Below, in pieces: positions 49,113 through 61,400 of a stretch of DNA of 64,000 nucleotides. Each line of letters starts with the position of its first letter. Position 1 is the stretch's first letter. Source of the DNA: Ranitomeya imitator (taxonomy: Eukaryota); assembly GCF_032444005.1 (NCBI RefSeq), contig NC_091288.1, positions 224,130,001 to 224,194,000 on the forward strand, given 5' to 3'. The position numbers and the translations under genes were made by a program. The notes below the pieces were generated by a model. It was not told the origin of the DNA, made no database searches, and saw only the letters and a program-made list of their open reading frames with translations.

Positions 49113-52100
49113 ACAGTCACTCTTATCAGTATAGTCATGTACAGTGATGTCACTAGGTGGCGCTGTCACTCTTACCAGTATAGTCATGTACAGTGATGTC
49201 ACTAGGTGGCGCTGTCACTCTTATCAGTATAGTCATGTACAGTGATGTCACTAGGTGGCGCTGTCACTCTTACCAGTATAGTCATGTACAGTGATGTCAC
49301 TAGGTGGCGCTGTCACTCTTATCAGTATAGTCATGTACAGTGATGTCACTAGGTGGCGCTGTCACTCTTACCAGTATAGTCATGTACAGTGATGTCACTA
49401 GGTGGCGCTGTCACTCTTATCAGTATAGTCATGTACAGTGATGTCACTAGGTGGCGCTGTCACTCTTACCAGTATAGTCATGTACAGTGATGTCACTAGG
49501 TGGCGCTGTCACTCTTACCAGTATAGTCATGTACAGTGATGTCACTAGGTGGCGCTGTCACTCTTACCAGTATAGTCATGTACAGTGATGTCACTAGGTG
49601 GCGCTGTCACTCTTATCAGTATAGTCATGTACAGTGATGTCACTAGGTGGCGCTGTCACTCTTACCAGTATAGTCATGTACAGTGATGTCACTAGGTGGC
49701 GCTGTCACTCTTATCAGTATAGTCATGTACAGTGATGTCACTAGATGGCGCTGTCACTCTTATCAGTATAGTCATGTACAGTGATGTCACTAGGTGGCGC
49801 TGTCACTCTTATCAGTATAGTCATGTACAGTGATGTCACTAGGTGGCGCTGTCACTCTTACCAGTATAGTCATGTACAGTGATGTCACTAGATGGCGCTG
49901 TCACTCTTATCAGTATAGTCATGTACAGTGATGTCACTAGATGGCGCTGTCACTCTTATCAGTATAGTCATGTACAGTGATGTCACTAGGTGGCGCTGTC
50001 ACTCTTATCAGTATAGTCATGTACAGTGATGTCACTAGGTGGCGCTGTCACTCTTATCAGTATAGTCATGTACAGTGATGTCACTAGGTGGCGCTGTCAC
50101 TCCTGTCAGTACAGTCCTGTGTGGTGATGTCACTAGATGGCGCTGTCACTCCTGTCAGTACAGTCCAGTGTGGTGATGTCACTAGATGGCGCTGTCACTC
50201 CTGTCAGTACAGTCCTGTGTGGTGATGTCACTAGATGGCGCTGTCACTCCTGTCAGTACAGACCTGTGTGGTGATGTCACTAGGTGGCGCTGTCACTCCT
50301 GTCAGTACAGACCTGTGTGGTGATGTCACTAGGTGGCGCTGTCACTCCTGTCAGTACAGTCCTGTGTGGTGATGTCACTAGATGGCGCTGTCACTCCTGT
50401 CAGTACAGTCCTGTGTGGTGATGTCACTAGGTGGCGCTGTCACTCCTGTCAGTACAGTCCTGTGTGGTGATGTCACTAGATGGCGCTGTCACTCCTGTCA
50501 GTACAGTCCAGTGTGGTGATGTCACTAGATGGCGCTGTCACTCCTGTCAGTACAGACCTGTGTGGTGATGTCACTAGATGGCGCTGTCACTCCTGTCAGT
50601 ACAGAGCAGTGTGGTGATGTCACTAGATGGCGCTGTCACTCCTGTCAGTACAGTCCAGTGTGGTGATGTCACTAGATGGCGCTGTCACTCCTGTCAGTAC
50701 AGTCCAGTGTGGTGATGTCACTAGATGGCGCTGTCACTCCTGTCAGTACAGACCTGTGTGGTGATGTCACTAGATGGCGCTGTCACTCCTGTCAGTACAG
50801 TCCAGTGTGGTGATGTCACTAGATGGCGCTGTCACTCCTGTCAGTACAGTCCAGTGTGGTGATGTCACTAGGTGGCGCTGTCACTCCTGTCAGTACAGTC
50901 CAGTGTGGTGATGTCACTCCGTGGCGCTGTCACTCCTGTCAGTACAGTCCAGTGTGGTGATGTCACTAGGTGGCGCTGTCACTCCTGTCAGTACAGTCCA
51001 GTGTGGTGATGTCACTAGATGGCGCTGTCACTCCTGTCAGTACAGTCCAGTGTGGTGATGTCACTAGGTGGCGCTGTCACTCCTGTCAGTACAGTCCTGT
51101 GTGGTGATGTCACTCCGTGGCGCTGTCACTCCTGTCAGTACAGACCTGTGTGGTGATGTCACTAGATGGCGCTGTCACTCCTGTCAGTACAGTCCTGTGT
51201 GGTGATGTCACTAGGTGGCGCTGTCACTCCTGTCAGTACAGTCCAGTGTGGTGATGTCACTAGATGGCGCTGTCACTCCTGTCAGTACAGTCCAGTGTGG
51301 TGATGTCACTAGGTGGCGCTGTCACTCCTGTCAGTACAGTCCAGTGTGGTGATGTCACTAGGTGGCGCTGTCACTCCTGTCAGTACAGTCCTGTGTGGTG
51401 ATGTCACTAGATGGCGCTGTCACTCCTGTCAGTACAGACCTGTGTGGTGATGTCACTAGATGGCGCTGTCACTCCTGTCAGTACAGTCCTGTGTGGTGAT
51501 GTCACTAGATGGCGCTGTCACTCCTGTCAGTACAGAGCAGTGTGGTGATGTCACTAGATGGCGCTGTCACTCCTGTCAGTACAGTCCTGTGTGGTGATGT
51601 CACTAGGTGGCGCTGTCACTCCTGTCAGTACAGACCTGTGTGGTGATGTCACTAGATGGCGCTGTCACTCCTGTCAGTACAGAGCAGTGTGGTGATGTCA
51701 CTAGATGGCGCTGTCACTCCTGTCAGTACAGACCTGTGTGGTGATGTCACTAGGTGGCGCTGTCACTCCTGTCAGTACAGTCCTGTGTGGTGATGTCACT
51801 AGGTGGCGCTGTCACTCCTGTCAGTACAGACCTGTGTGGTGATGTCACTAGATGGCGCTGTCACTCCTGTCAGTACAGTCCTGTGTGGTGATGTCACTAG
51901 GTGGCGCTGTCACTCCTGTCAGTACAGACCTGTGTGGTGATGTCACTCGGTGGCGCTGTCACTCCTGTCAGTACAGTCCTGTGTGGTGATGTCACTAGGT
52001 GGCGCTGTCACTCCTGTCAGTACAGTCCTGTGTGGTGATGTCACTAGGTGGCGCTGTCACTCCTGTCAGTACAGACCTGTGTGGTGATGTCACTAGATGG

Positions 52101-55100
52101 CGCTGTCACTCCTGTCAGTACAGACCTGTGTGGTGATGTCACTAGATGGCGCTGTCACTCCTGTCAGTACAGTCCAGTGTGGTGATGTCACTAGATGGCG
52201 CTGTCACTCCTGTCAGTACAGTCCAGTGTGGTGATGTCACTAGATGGCGCTGTCACTCCTGTCAGTACAGTCCTGTGTGGTGATGTCACTAGGTGGCGCT
52301 GTCACTCCTGTCAGTACAGTCCTGTGTGGTGATGTCACTAGGTGGCGCTGTCACTCCTGTCAGTACAGTCCTGTGTGGTGATGTCACTAGATGTCGCTGT
52401 CACTCCTGTCAGTACAGTCCTGTGTGGTGATGTCACTAGATGTCGCTGTCACTCCTGTCAGTACAGTCCTGTGGTGATGTCACTAGATGGCGCTGTCACT
52501 CCTGTCAGTACAGTCCTGTGTGGTGATGTCACTAGGTGGCGCTGTCACTCCTGTCAGTACAGACCTGTGTGGTGATGTCACTCGGTGGCGCTGTCACTCC
52601 TGTCAGTACAGACCTGTGTGGTGATGTCACTAGATGGCGCTGTCACTCTTATCAGTACAGTCCAGTGTGGTGATGTCACTAGGTGGCGCTGTCACTCCTG
52701 TCAGTACAGTCCTGTGTGGTGATGTCACTCAGTGGCGCTGTCACTCCTGTCAGTACAGTCCTGTGTGGTGATGTCACTAGATGGCGCTGTCACTCCTGTC
52801 AGTACAGTCCTGTGTGGTGATGTCACTAGATGGCGCTGTCACTCCTGTCAGTACAGACCTGTGTGGTGATGTCACTAGATGGCGCTGTCACTCCTGTCAG
52901 TACAGTCCTGTGTGGTGATGTCACTAGATGGCGCTGTCACTCCTGTCAGTACAGTCCTGTGTGGTGATGTCACTAGGTGGCGCTGTCACTCCTGTCAGTA
53001 CAGACCTGTGTGGTGATGTCACTAGATGGCGCTGTCACTCCTGTCAGTACAGACCTGTGTGGTGATGTCACTAGATGGCGCTGTCACTCCTGTCAGTACA
53101 GACCTGTGTGGTGATGTCACTAGATGGCGCTGTCACTCCTGTCAGTACAGTCCAGTGTGGTGATGTCACTAGATGGCGCTATCACTCCTGTCAGTACAGT
53201 CCTGTGTGGTGATGTCACTAGATGGCGCTGTCACTCCTGTCAGTACAGACCTGTGTGGTGATGTCACTAGGTGGCGCTATCACTCCTGTCAGTACAGTCC
53301 TGTGTGGTGATGTCACTAGGTGGCGCTGTCACTCTTATCAGTATAGTCATGTACAGTGATGTCACTAGATGGCGCTGTCACTCCTGTCAGTACAGTCCTG
53401 TGTGGTGATGTCACTAGATGGCGCTGTCACTCCTGTCAGTACAGTCCAGTGTGGTGATGTCACTAGATGGCGCTATCACTCCTGTCAGTACAGTCCTGTG
53501 TGGTGATGTCACTAGGTGGCGCTGTCACTCCTGTCAGTACAGTCCAGTGTGGTGATGTCACTAGATGGCGCTATCACTCCTGTCAGTACAGTCCTGTGTG
53601 GTGATGTCACTAGGTGGCGCTGTCACTCCTGTCAGTACAGTCCTGTGTGGTGATGTCACTAGGTGGCGCTGTCACTCCTGTCAGTACAGTCCTGTGTGGT
53701 GATGTCACTAGGTGGCGCTGTCACTCCTGTCAGTACAGTCCTGTGTGGTGATGTCACTAGGTGGCGCTGTCACTCCTGTCAGTACAGTACTGTGTGGTGA
53801 TGTCACTAGATGGCGCTGTCACTCCTGTCAGTACAGTCCTGTGTGGTGATGTCACTAGGTGGCGCTGTCACTCCTGTCAGTACAGTCCTGTGTGGTGATG
53901 TCACTAGGTGGCGCTGTCACTCCTGTCAGTACAGTACTGTGTGGTGATGTCACTAGATGGCGCTGTCACTCCTGTCAGTACAGTCCAGTGTGGTGATGTC
54001 ACTAGGTGGCGCTGTCACTCCTGTCAGTACAGTCCTGTGTGGTGATGTCACTAGATGGCGCTGTCACTCCTGTCAGTACAGTCCTGTGTGGTGATGTCAC
54101 TAGATGGCGCTATCACTCCTCTCAGTACAGACCTGTGTGGTGATGTCACTAGATGGCGCTGTCACTCCTGTCAGTACAGACCTGTGTGGTGATGTCACTA
54201 GATGGCGCTGTCACTCCTGTCAGTACAGTCCAGTGTGGTGATGTCACTAGATGGCGCTGTCACTCCTGTCAGTACAGTCCTGTGTGGTGATGTCACTAGA
54301 TGGCGCTGTCACTCCTCTCAGTACAGTCCTGTGTGGTGATGTCACTAGATGGCGCTGTCACTCCTGTCAGTACAGACCTGTGTGGTGATGTCACTAGATG
54401 GCGCTGTCACTCCTGTCAGTACAGACCTGTGTGGTGATGTCACTAGATGGCGCTGTCACTCCTGTCAGTACAGTCCTGTGTGGAGATGTCACTAGATGGC
54501 GCTATCACTCCTCTCAGTACAGTCCAGTGTGGTGATGTCACTAGATGGCGCTGTCACTCCTGTCAGTACAGTCCTGTGTGGTGATGTCACTCAGTGGCGC
54601 TGTCACTCCTGTCAGTACAGACCAGTGTGGTGATGTCACTAGGTGGCGCTGTCACTCCTGTCAGTACAGTCCTGTGTGGTGATGTCACTAGATGGCGCTG
54701 TCACTCCTGTCAGTACAGTCCTGTGTGGTGATGTCACTAGATGGCGCTGTCACTCCTGTCAGTACAGTCCAGTGTGGTGATGTCACTAGATGGCGCTGTC
54801 ACTCCTGTCAGTACAGTCCTGTGTGGTGATGTCACTAGATGGCGCTATCACTCCTCTCAGTACAGACCTGTGTGGTGATGTCACTAGATGGCGCTGTCAC
54901 TCCTGTCAGTACAGTCCTGTGTGGTGATGTCACTAGATGGCGCTGTCACTCCTGTCAGTACAGTCCTGTGTGGTGATGTCACTAGATGGCGCTGTCACTC
55001 TTATCAGTACAGTCCTGTGTGGTGATGTCACTAGATGGCGCTATCACTCCTGTCAGTACAGTCCAGTGTGGTGATGTCACTAGATGGCGCTGTCACTCCT

Positions 55101-57866
55101 GTCAGTACAGACCTGTGTGGTGATGTCACTAGATGGCGCTGTCACTCCTGTCAGTACAGACCAGTGTGGTGATGTCACTAGATGGCGCTGTCACTCTTAT
55201 CAGTACAGACCTGTGTGGAGATGTCACTAGATGGCGCTGTCACTCCTGTCAGTACAGACCTGTGTGGTGATGTCACTAGATGGCGCTGTCACTCCTGTCA
55301 GTACAGTCCAGTGTGTGGTGATGTCACTCGGTGGCGCTGTCACTCCTGTCAGTACAGTCCTGTGTGGTGATGTCACTAGATGGCGCTGTCACTCCTGTCA
55401 GTACAGTCCTGTGTGGTGATGTCACTAGATGGCGCTGTCACTCTTATCAGTACAGACCTGTGTGGAGATGTCACTAGATGGCGCTGTCACTCCTGTCAGT
55501 ACAGTCCAGTGTGTGGTGATGTCACTAGGTGGCGCTGTCACTCTTATCAGTACAGACCTGTGTGGAGATGTCACTAGATGGCGCTGTCACTCCTGTCAGT
55601 ACAGTCCTGTGTGGTGATGTCACTAGATGGCGCTGTCACTCCTGTCAGTACAGTCCTGTGTGGTGATGTCACTAGGTGGCGCTGTCACTCCTGTCAGTAC
55701 AGTCCAGTGTGTGGTGATGTCACTCGGTGGCGCTGTCACTCCTGTCAGTACAGTCCTGTGTGGTGATGTCACTAGATGGCGCTGTCACTCCTGTCAGTAC
55801 AGACCTGTGTGGTGATGTCACTAGATGGCGCTGTCACTCCTGTCAGTACAGACCTGTGTGGTGATGTCACTAGGTGGCGCTGTCACTCCTGTCAGTACAG
55901 ACCTGTGTGGTGATGTCACTCGGTGGCGCTGTCACTCCTGTCAGTACAGTCCTGTGTGGTGATGTCACTAGATGGCGCTGTCACTCCTGTCAGTACAGTC
56001 CTGTGTGGTGATGTCACTAGGTGGCGCTGTCACTCCTGTCAGTACAGACCTGTGTGGTGATGTCACTAGATGGCGCTGTCACTCCTGTCAGTACAGTCCT
56101 GTGTGGTGATGTCACTAGGTGGCGCTGTCACTCCTGTCAGTACAGTCCTGTGTGGTGATGTCACTAGATGGCGCTGTCACTCCTGTCAGTACAGTCCTGT
56201 GTGGTGATGTCACTCGGTGGCGCTGTCACTCCTGTCAGTACAGTCCTGTGTGGTGATGTCACTAGGTGGTGCTGTCACTCCTGTCAGTACAGACCTGTGT
56301 GGTGATGTCACTAGATGGCGCTGTCACTCCTGTCAGTACAGTCCTGTGTGGTGATGTCACTAGGTGGTGCTGTCACTCCTGTCAGTACAGACCTGTGTGG
56401 TGATGTCACTAGATGGCGCTGTCACTCCTGTCAGTACAGTCCTGTGTGGTGATGTCACTAGGTGGTGCTGTCACTCCTGTCAGTACAGACCTGTGTGGTG
56501 ATGTCACTAGATGGCGCTGTCACTCCTGTCAGTACAGTCCTGTGTGGTGATGTCACTCGGTGGCGCTGTCACTCCTGTCAGTACAGTCCTGTGTGGTGAT
56601 GTCACTCGGTGGCGCTGTCACTCCTGTCAGTACAGTCCTGTGTGGTGATGTCACTAGGTGGCGCTGTCACTCCTGTCAGTACAGACCTGTGTGGTGATGT
56701 CACTAGGTGGCGCTGTCACTCCTGTCAGTACAGTCCTGTGTGGTGATGTCACTCGGTGGCGCTGTCACTCCTGTCAGTACAGTCCTGTGTGGTGATGTCA
56801 CTAGGTGGCGCTGTCACTCCTGTCAGTACAGTCCTGTGTGGTGATGTCACTAGATGGCGCTATCACTCCTGTCAGTACAGACCTGTGTGGTGATGTCACT
56901 AGGTGGCGCTGTCACTCCTGTCAGTACAGTCCTGTGTGGTGATGTCACTCGGTGGCGCTGTCACTCCTGTCAGTACAGTCCTGTGTGGTGATGTCACTAG
57001 GTGGCGCTGTCACTCCTGTCAGTACAGTCCTGTGTGGTGATGTCACTAGGTGGCGCTGTCACTCCTGTCAGTACAGTCCTGTGTGGTGATGTCACTAGGT
57101 GGTGCTGTCACTCCTGTCAGTACAGTCCTGTGTGGTGATGTCACTCGGTGGCGCTGTCACTCCTGTCAGTACAGTCCTGTGTGGTGATGTCACTAGGTGG
57201 CGCTGTCACTCCTGTCAGTACAGTCCTGTGTGGTGATGTCACTAGGTGGCGCTGTCACTCCTGTCAGTACAGACCTGTGTGGTGATGTCACTAGGTGGCG
57301 CTGTCACTCCTGTCAGTACAGTCCTGTGTGGTGATGTCACTCGGTGGCGCTGTCACTCCTGTCAGTACAGTCCTGTGTGGTGATGTCACTAGGTGGCGCT
57401 GTCACTCCTGTCAGTACAGTCCTGTGTGGTGATGTCACTAGATGGCGCTGTCACTCCTGTCAGTACAGACCTGTGTGGTGATGTCACTCGGTGGCGCTGT
57501 CACTCCTGTCCGTGCAGACCTGTGTGGTGATGTCACTCGGTGGCGCTGTCACTCCTGTCAGTACAGACCTGTGTGGTGATGTCACTCGGTGGCGCTGTCA
57601 CTCCTGTCAGTACAGACCTGTGTGGTGATGTCACTAGATGGCGCTGTCACTCCTGTCAGTACAGTCCTGTGTGGTGATGTCACTAGATGGCGCTGTCACT
57701 CCTGTCAGTACAGACCTGTGTGGTGATGTCACTAGGTGGCGCTGTCACTCCTGTCAGTACAGTCCTGTGTGGTGATGTCACTCGGTGGCGCTGTCACTCC
57801 TGTCAGTACAGTCCAGTGTGGTGATGTCACTCAGTGGCGCTGTCACTCCTGTCCGTGCAGACCTGT
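49113..57866 (+). repeat. 49-bp minisatellite, about 178 units, each with a CTCF-like motif TCACTAG(A/G)TGGCGC; CSRP intron 3
   Basis: A-type units (CTTATCAGTATAGTCATGTACAG) to about 50100, then B-type units (CCTGTCAGTACAGTCCTGTGTGG); period 49 measured from 49141 to 49190. Confidence 0.97.
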
Positions 57867-58803
57867 GGGTTGTGTTCGTTGACAGCTCAGGTGACTACAT
57901 CACATAACAGGAATATCGAGTTCTGCTAATAACAATCAGCCTATAATGTTCCCATTAAAGACGAAAATTTCAGATCTGCTTCACAAAAGGTGTGAGCCAG
58001 TGTGTGTGGAGGGTGTGACCCCATAGTGTCAAGGAGAACACCGGGGAGATCCCACCGCTGGCATAGGACATAGCTGCGCTGCCTCCAATCAGGAGAATAA
58101 CACAATTGCCTGATGAGTGATGGACGAGGCCGCGGCAGCTTCCACTACTAGGCCGGTTGTTGGGGAACTATGGGAGCTTTCACATTGTGTCTCTGCACCC
58201 GTTCAGAGGCCCCTTTTGGAGTTCATTTCTGAACCCCCAGTAAAACGGATTTCGGGTGCATGCGCCGATGGGGCCATAGATTTTATTGGAGACGGCAGAG
58301 TGAACGTGTGTTCTGTCGAGCATCATTTTTGGGAGTCTACGCCTACAGGAGGTGGATACCCATACGCAGTCTAGTTTGGATGTATGCCCTGACGGGGCCA
58401 CTAAACGCACCCAGTGAGCGTATGGTATATACACCTCCGATTTTAATGAATGGAAAATATATAACCCCGGTACGGTCACTGCCAGCTCCACAATAAGTAA
58501 CGGCACTCGCTGCCACCACCGGTCATTTATACGGGCCGATTGGACGCCTGTTGCAGGTAGTGTATGGCTTCAGGGTGCGGTTTATAGAGCAAGAGGAACA
58601 GAGATATTACATTTTGTCTATTTAATTAAGAAAGATTTTTCTCTGCGACACATTCACAGTGGGAATTACACAGACCACCAACATCATGTAAGAGACTGAA
58701 ACCGTGAAACATTCCACGACTACAGACACATCAGAGGTCCACGTCCCAGCAGCAGCTGACTCCCTCTGTCGGGAGCACTACTGGTGGCTATCACTCACCC
58801 TAA

Positions 58804-59008
58804 GGCCGGGGTCACACTTGCGAGTACAATGCGAGAGACTCGCACGAGTCTCTCGCATTAATACCCGGCACTCAGGACAGGGGCGTGCGGCTGTATATGT
58901 TTCTATGCAGCTGAACGCTCCGGTCCGAGTGCCACCGGCAGTGCCGGGTATTGATGCGAGAGACTCGTGCAAGGTTCTCGCATTGATCTCACAAGTGTGA
59001 CCCCGACC
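58804..59008. mobile_element. PIF/Harbinger-like MITE, 205 bp
   Basis: TIR GGCCGGGGTCACACTTG...CAAGTGTGACCCCGACC; TAA TSD at 58801-58803 and 59009-59011. Confidence 0.88.
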
Positions 59009-59043
59009 TAAGTCACCCACTTGTCTCATGTCTCCTCTTGTAG

Positions 59044-59124
59044 CGTCAGGCGGTGTACCCGGACGGAGCGTCTGGAGAGACGACCATCTTGGTGGATCTA
59101 CAATTGCCCTTGATCTCAGGAAAG
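59044..59124 (+). CDS. cusr: CSRP exon 4 RQAVYPDGASGETTILVDLQLPLISGK
   Basis: CTCTTGTAG| acceptor and |GTGAGG donor, phase 0-0. Confidence 0.78.
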
Positions 59125-59196
59125 GTGAGGTAAATCTCCCCATACAGGTGCGATGTCCAGGGTGAGTGGCGCCATATAACTGTCCCTATGGTTTAG

Positions 59197-59268
59197 ACCC
59201 TGGAATGGCTCATCCACAGCGCGGAGCGGAGAGGAGAACCTTACAATCCATTCGACGTCCCCAGCCAG
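59197..59268 (+). CDS. cusr: CSRP exon 5 TLEWLIHSAERRGEPYNPFDVPSQ
   Basis: TTTAG| acceptor and |GTGAGA donor, phase 0-0; the IH and YNPF motifs match the SOD-repeat pattern. Confidence 0.72.
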
Positions 59269-59468
59269 GTGAGACCCTCGGCAGAGGACTGTAGATGTCC
59301 TCCTGTGTGGACTCAATCTTCTAGAGTCTGGAAACGTCTGGTGTTGGAGGCCGCAACGTTGATTACGGAGATTGTGATATCGTGGGGCAGAGGTCAGGGC
59401 GGTGATCTGGGAGCACACAGTCAGGACACTTCTGGTCACCAATAACCCCCATCATTCTTATTGTCTAG

Positions 59469-59604
59469 ACTCGAAACTGGTGCACTGTGCAGAATCCACA
59501 GCTCTGTACAGTCGGGGATCTGAAGGGGAAGCATGGACCTGTGGCGGCAGGAGACACGGTGCTGGTGACGGATCCTAATCTGCCCCTGGCCGGAGACTTC
59601 ACAG
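59469..59604 (+). CDS. cusr: CSRP exon 6 TRNWCTVQNPQLCTVGDLKGKHGPV...TDPNLPLAGDFT
   Basis: TTGTCTAG| acceptor; C-x-VGDL-x-GKHG and NLPL motifs parallel the earlier repeats; donor GTGTCT is weak. Confidence 0.8.
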
Positions 59605-59754
59605 GTGTCTATTGTGCAGAGGTCCGACATGTCACGCACAGGTCTGACCCACCTGCGGCAGCTGATGCCGGAAGCAACGTCGCCCCAATAACCTCCCCTC
59701 CATCTGCGGGCACCGTGCACTGGGCCTGAAACACATCATGTCCTGGACTCTAAT

Positions 59755-59985
59755 CACCTCCAGAGCTACATTTACAAGTCTGCGGCTACTTATGTCTTCT
59801 CCAGTCACCTCCAGAGCTGCAGTCAGACAGCATTAAGACATAATGTGACTGCAGCTCTGGAGGTGACTGGAGGATAAGACCTGATGTAACAGGAGAATAG
59901 TGACTGCAGCTCTGGAGGTGACTGGAGGATAAGACCTGATGTAACAGCAGAATAGTGACCGCAGCCCTGGAGGTGACTGTAGTAT
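59755..59985. repeat. 55-bp repeat units in head-to-head arrangement
   Basis: 27-bp perfect inverted arms at 59799-59825 and 59846-59872, followed by tandem units. Confidence 0.82.
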
Positions 59986-60067
59986 TAGACGAGGATCACT
60001 TTTTAATGGAGATGCTGTTTCTTGCATTGATCCCTGTCTTTCCATTAGTGGCAGAAGACTTTACTGG

Positions 60068-60093
60068 ATGATGATGATGATGATGATGATGAT
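60068..60093. repeat. (GAT)n microsatellite
   Basis: Direct reading. Confidence 0.9.
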
Positions 60094-60114
60094 TCTCGTT
60101 CGTTTTCTCTCCAG

Positions 60115-60226
60115 TTGTAGGGAGAAGTCTGACCGTCACATCAGATGCGGTTGAGTTGACGTCGGTCATCCTCCCCGATGTGCCCATCACATCGCTATAT
60201 TTCCAGAGGATGACATCATTTAATAG
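60115..60226 (+). CDS. cusr: CSRP exon 7 VVGRSLTVTSDAVELTSVILPDVPITSLYFQRMTSFN(R)
   Basis: TTTTCTCTCCAG| acceptor; the GRSL motif continues the repeat; phase 1-2. Confidence 0.8.
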
Positions 60227-60343
60227 GTGCCGTGATGTCACACATATGACCTCACACATATGACCTCACACACATGACCTCACACACATGACCTCACACG
60301 GCCCCAGTGGCCGCTCTCGCTGATGTTGTGCCTCTACTTTCAG

Positions 60344-60462
60344 ATCTGCCTTCCGGGAAGCCTTGTCTCTCATCCTGAACGTCGCCTCGTGGAAAGTGAC
60401 ATTGCTCCCTGACAGTCCAGACAGCGTCACAATGTGTCAGCGCGTGGAGTTCTTCGTCATAG
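60344..60462 (+). CDS. cusr: CSRP exon 8 SAFREALSLILNVASWKVTLLPDSPDSVTMCQRVEFFVI; terminal exon not located
   Basis: TACTTTCAG| acceptor and G|GTAATA donor, phase 2-1, stop-free. Confidence 0.72.
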
Positions 60463-60499
60463 GTAATATCTGACAACTCCTGACAACCCAAAATGTGTT

Positions 60500-61400
60500 A
60501 TCCTGATAAATCCGAAAAACTCCTCAGACTCTTCGAAGTTCTGCTCAGCTTTTGCTCCAATATCCCTGCTCCATGTGCTCGTCCCCAATGGGTTTGTTTC
60601 TTCTTTGGCTTCTATGTCTTTCCCTTCGGAGGAATGTGGTCGCAGCTGTAACTCGGCTCCTCACTTCAGTTCTTTCTTCACCTTCCCAATCGTATCAGAT
60701 CGACTATAACAAGCAGTTTCCTGATCCCTTTTGTTCCCGTGGGATCGTCCTCCTTCATCTCCCACATCATCCAGTCTTTACCATTAGGGAAAAGTCCACG
60801 CCGCGCTCCCATTAATCTTTGTAAAAGTTTAGGGCATGAAAACCTTCACCTCTCAGTAGATTATTGTTATCAGTAACTCATAATAAACTCTAGCACCTAA
60901 TTTATTCATTACAATTCTTCTGCATCTGAAAAATGACCTCCCTAATGGTCTCGATGAAAAACATAATAGGCGAGAGTTGTGCGCACTCTGCATATCGATC
61001 CAGATCAAATTACGACCCTCTCCACAAAATAAAAATGTCGTCCACGAAGAAGACTCATATCCTCAGACCTTGTGACGAAGAATGAGAAAATACAAGTTTA
61101 TCTTCAAATGCTGAGATAAGTGTTTGTGACACGTGGGGCGGCTGGTGACCCCATCGCTGTGCCCTGCAGTCATCAAACTCGATTGGAAAATAATTTTTGG
61201 CAAGAATCATCTCCAGAAACCTTATTGTGTGGTCACAATTATTTCCTGCCTTCATGTAGAAGGCGTCAATGTGTAAAGAACAAAACTGTGATCTTTCCAA
61301 TGCAAAAGATTTTGCTGTACCTTTTAAACATCCAGGCGACCCCCCGATTATATTCGGCATATCTGAACCACATGCTGCAATAGGGTGAAACATAGAATTT
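60500..61400 (-). mobile_element. Decayed Penelope-like element reverse transcriptase fragment
   Basis: Minus-strand motifs across frameshifts: FLEMILAKNYF, GTAMGSPAAP (about 61135-61163), AFEDKLV, VDDIFILWRG (about 61020-61046), TDNNNLL (about 60855-60875). Confidence 0.7.

Noticed and set aside
49113-57866. CRISPR-like array interpretation of the tandem arrays
   Set aside because: Eukaryotic context, no unique spacers and no cas genes.
58110-58135. CTGATGAG as another hammerhead core
   Set aside because: No stem II or GAAA follows.
59116-59442. Minus-strand ORF containing QTFPDS
   Set aside because: Antisense to well-supported + strand CSRP exons; the similarity is coincidental.
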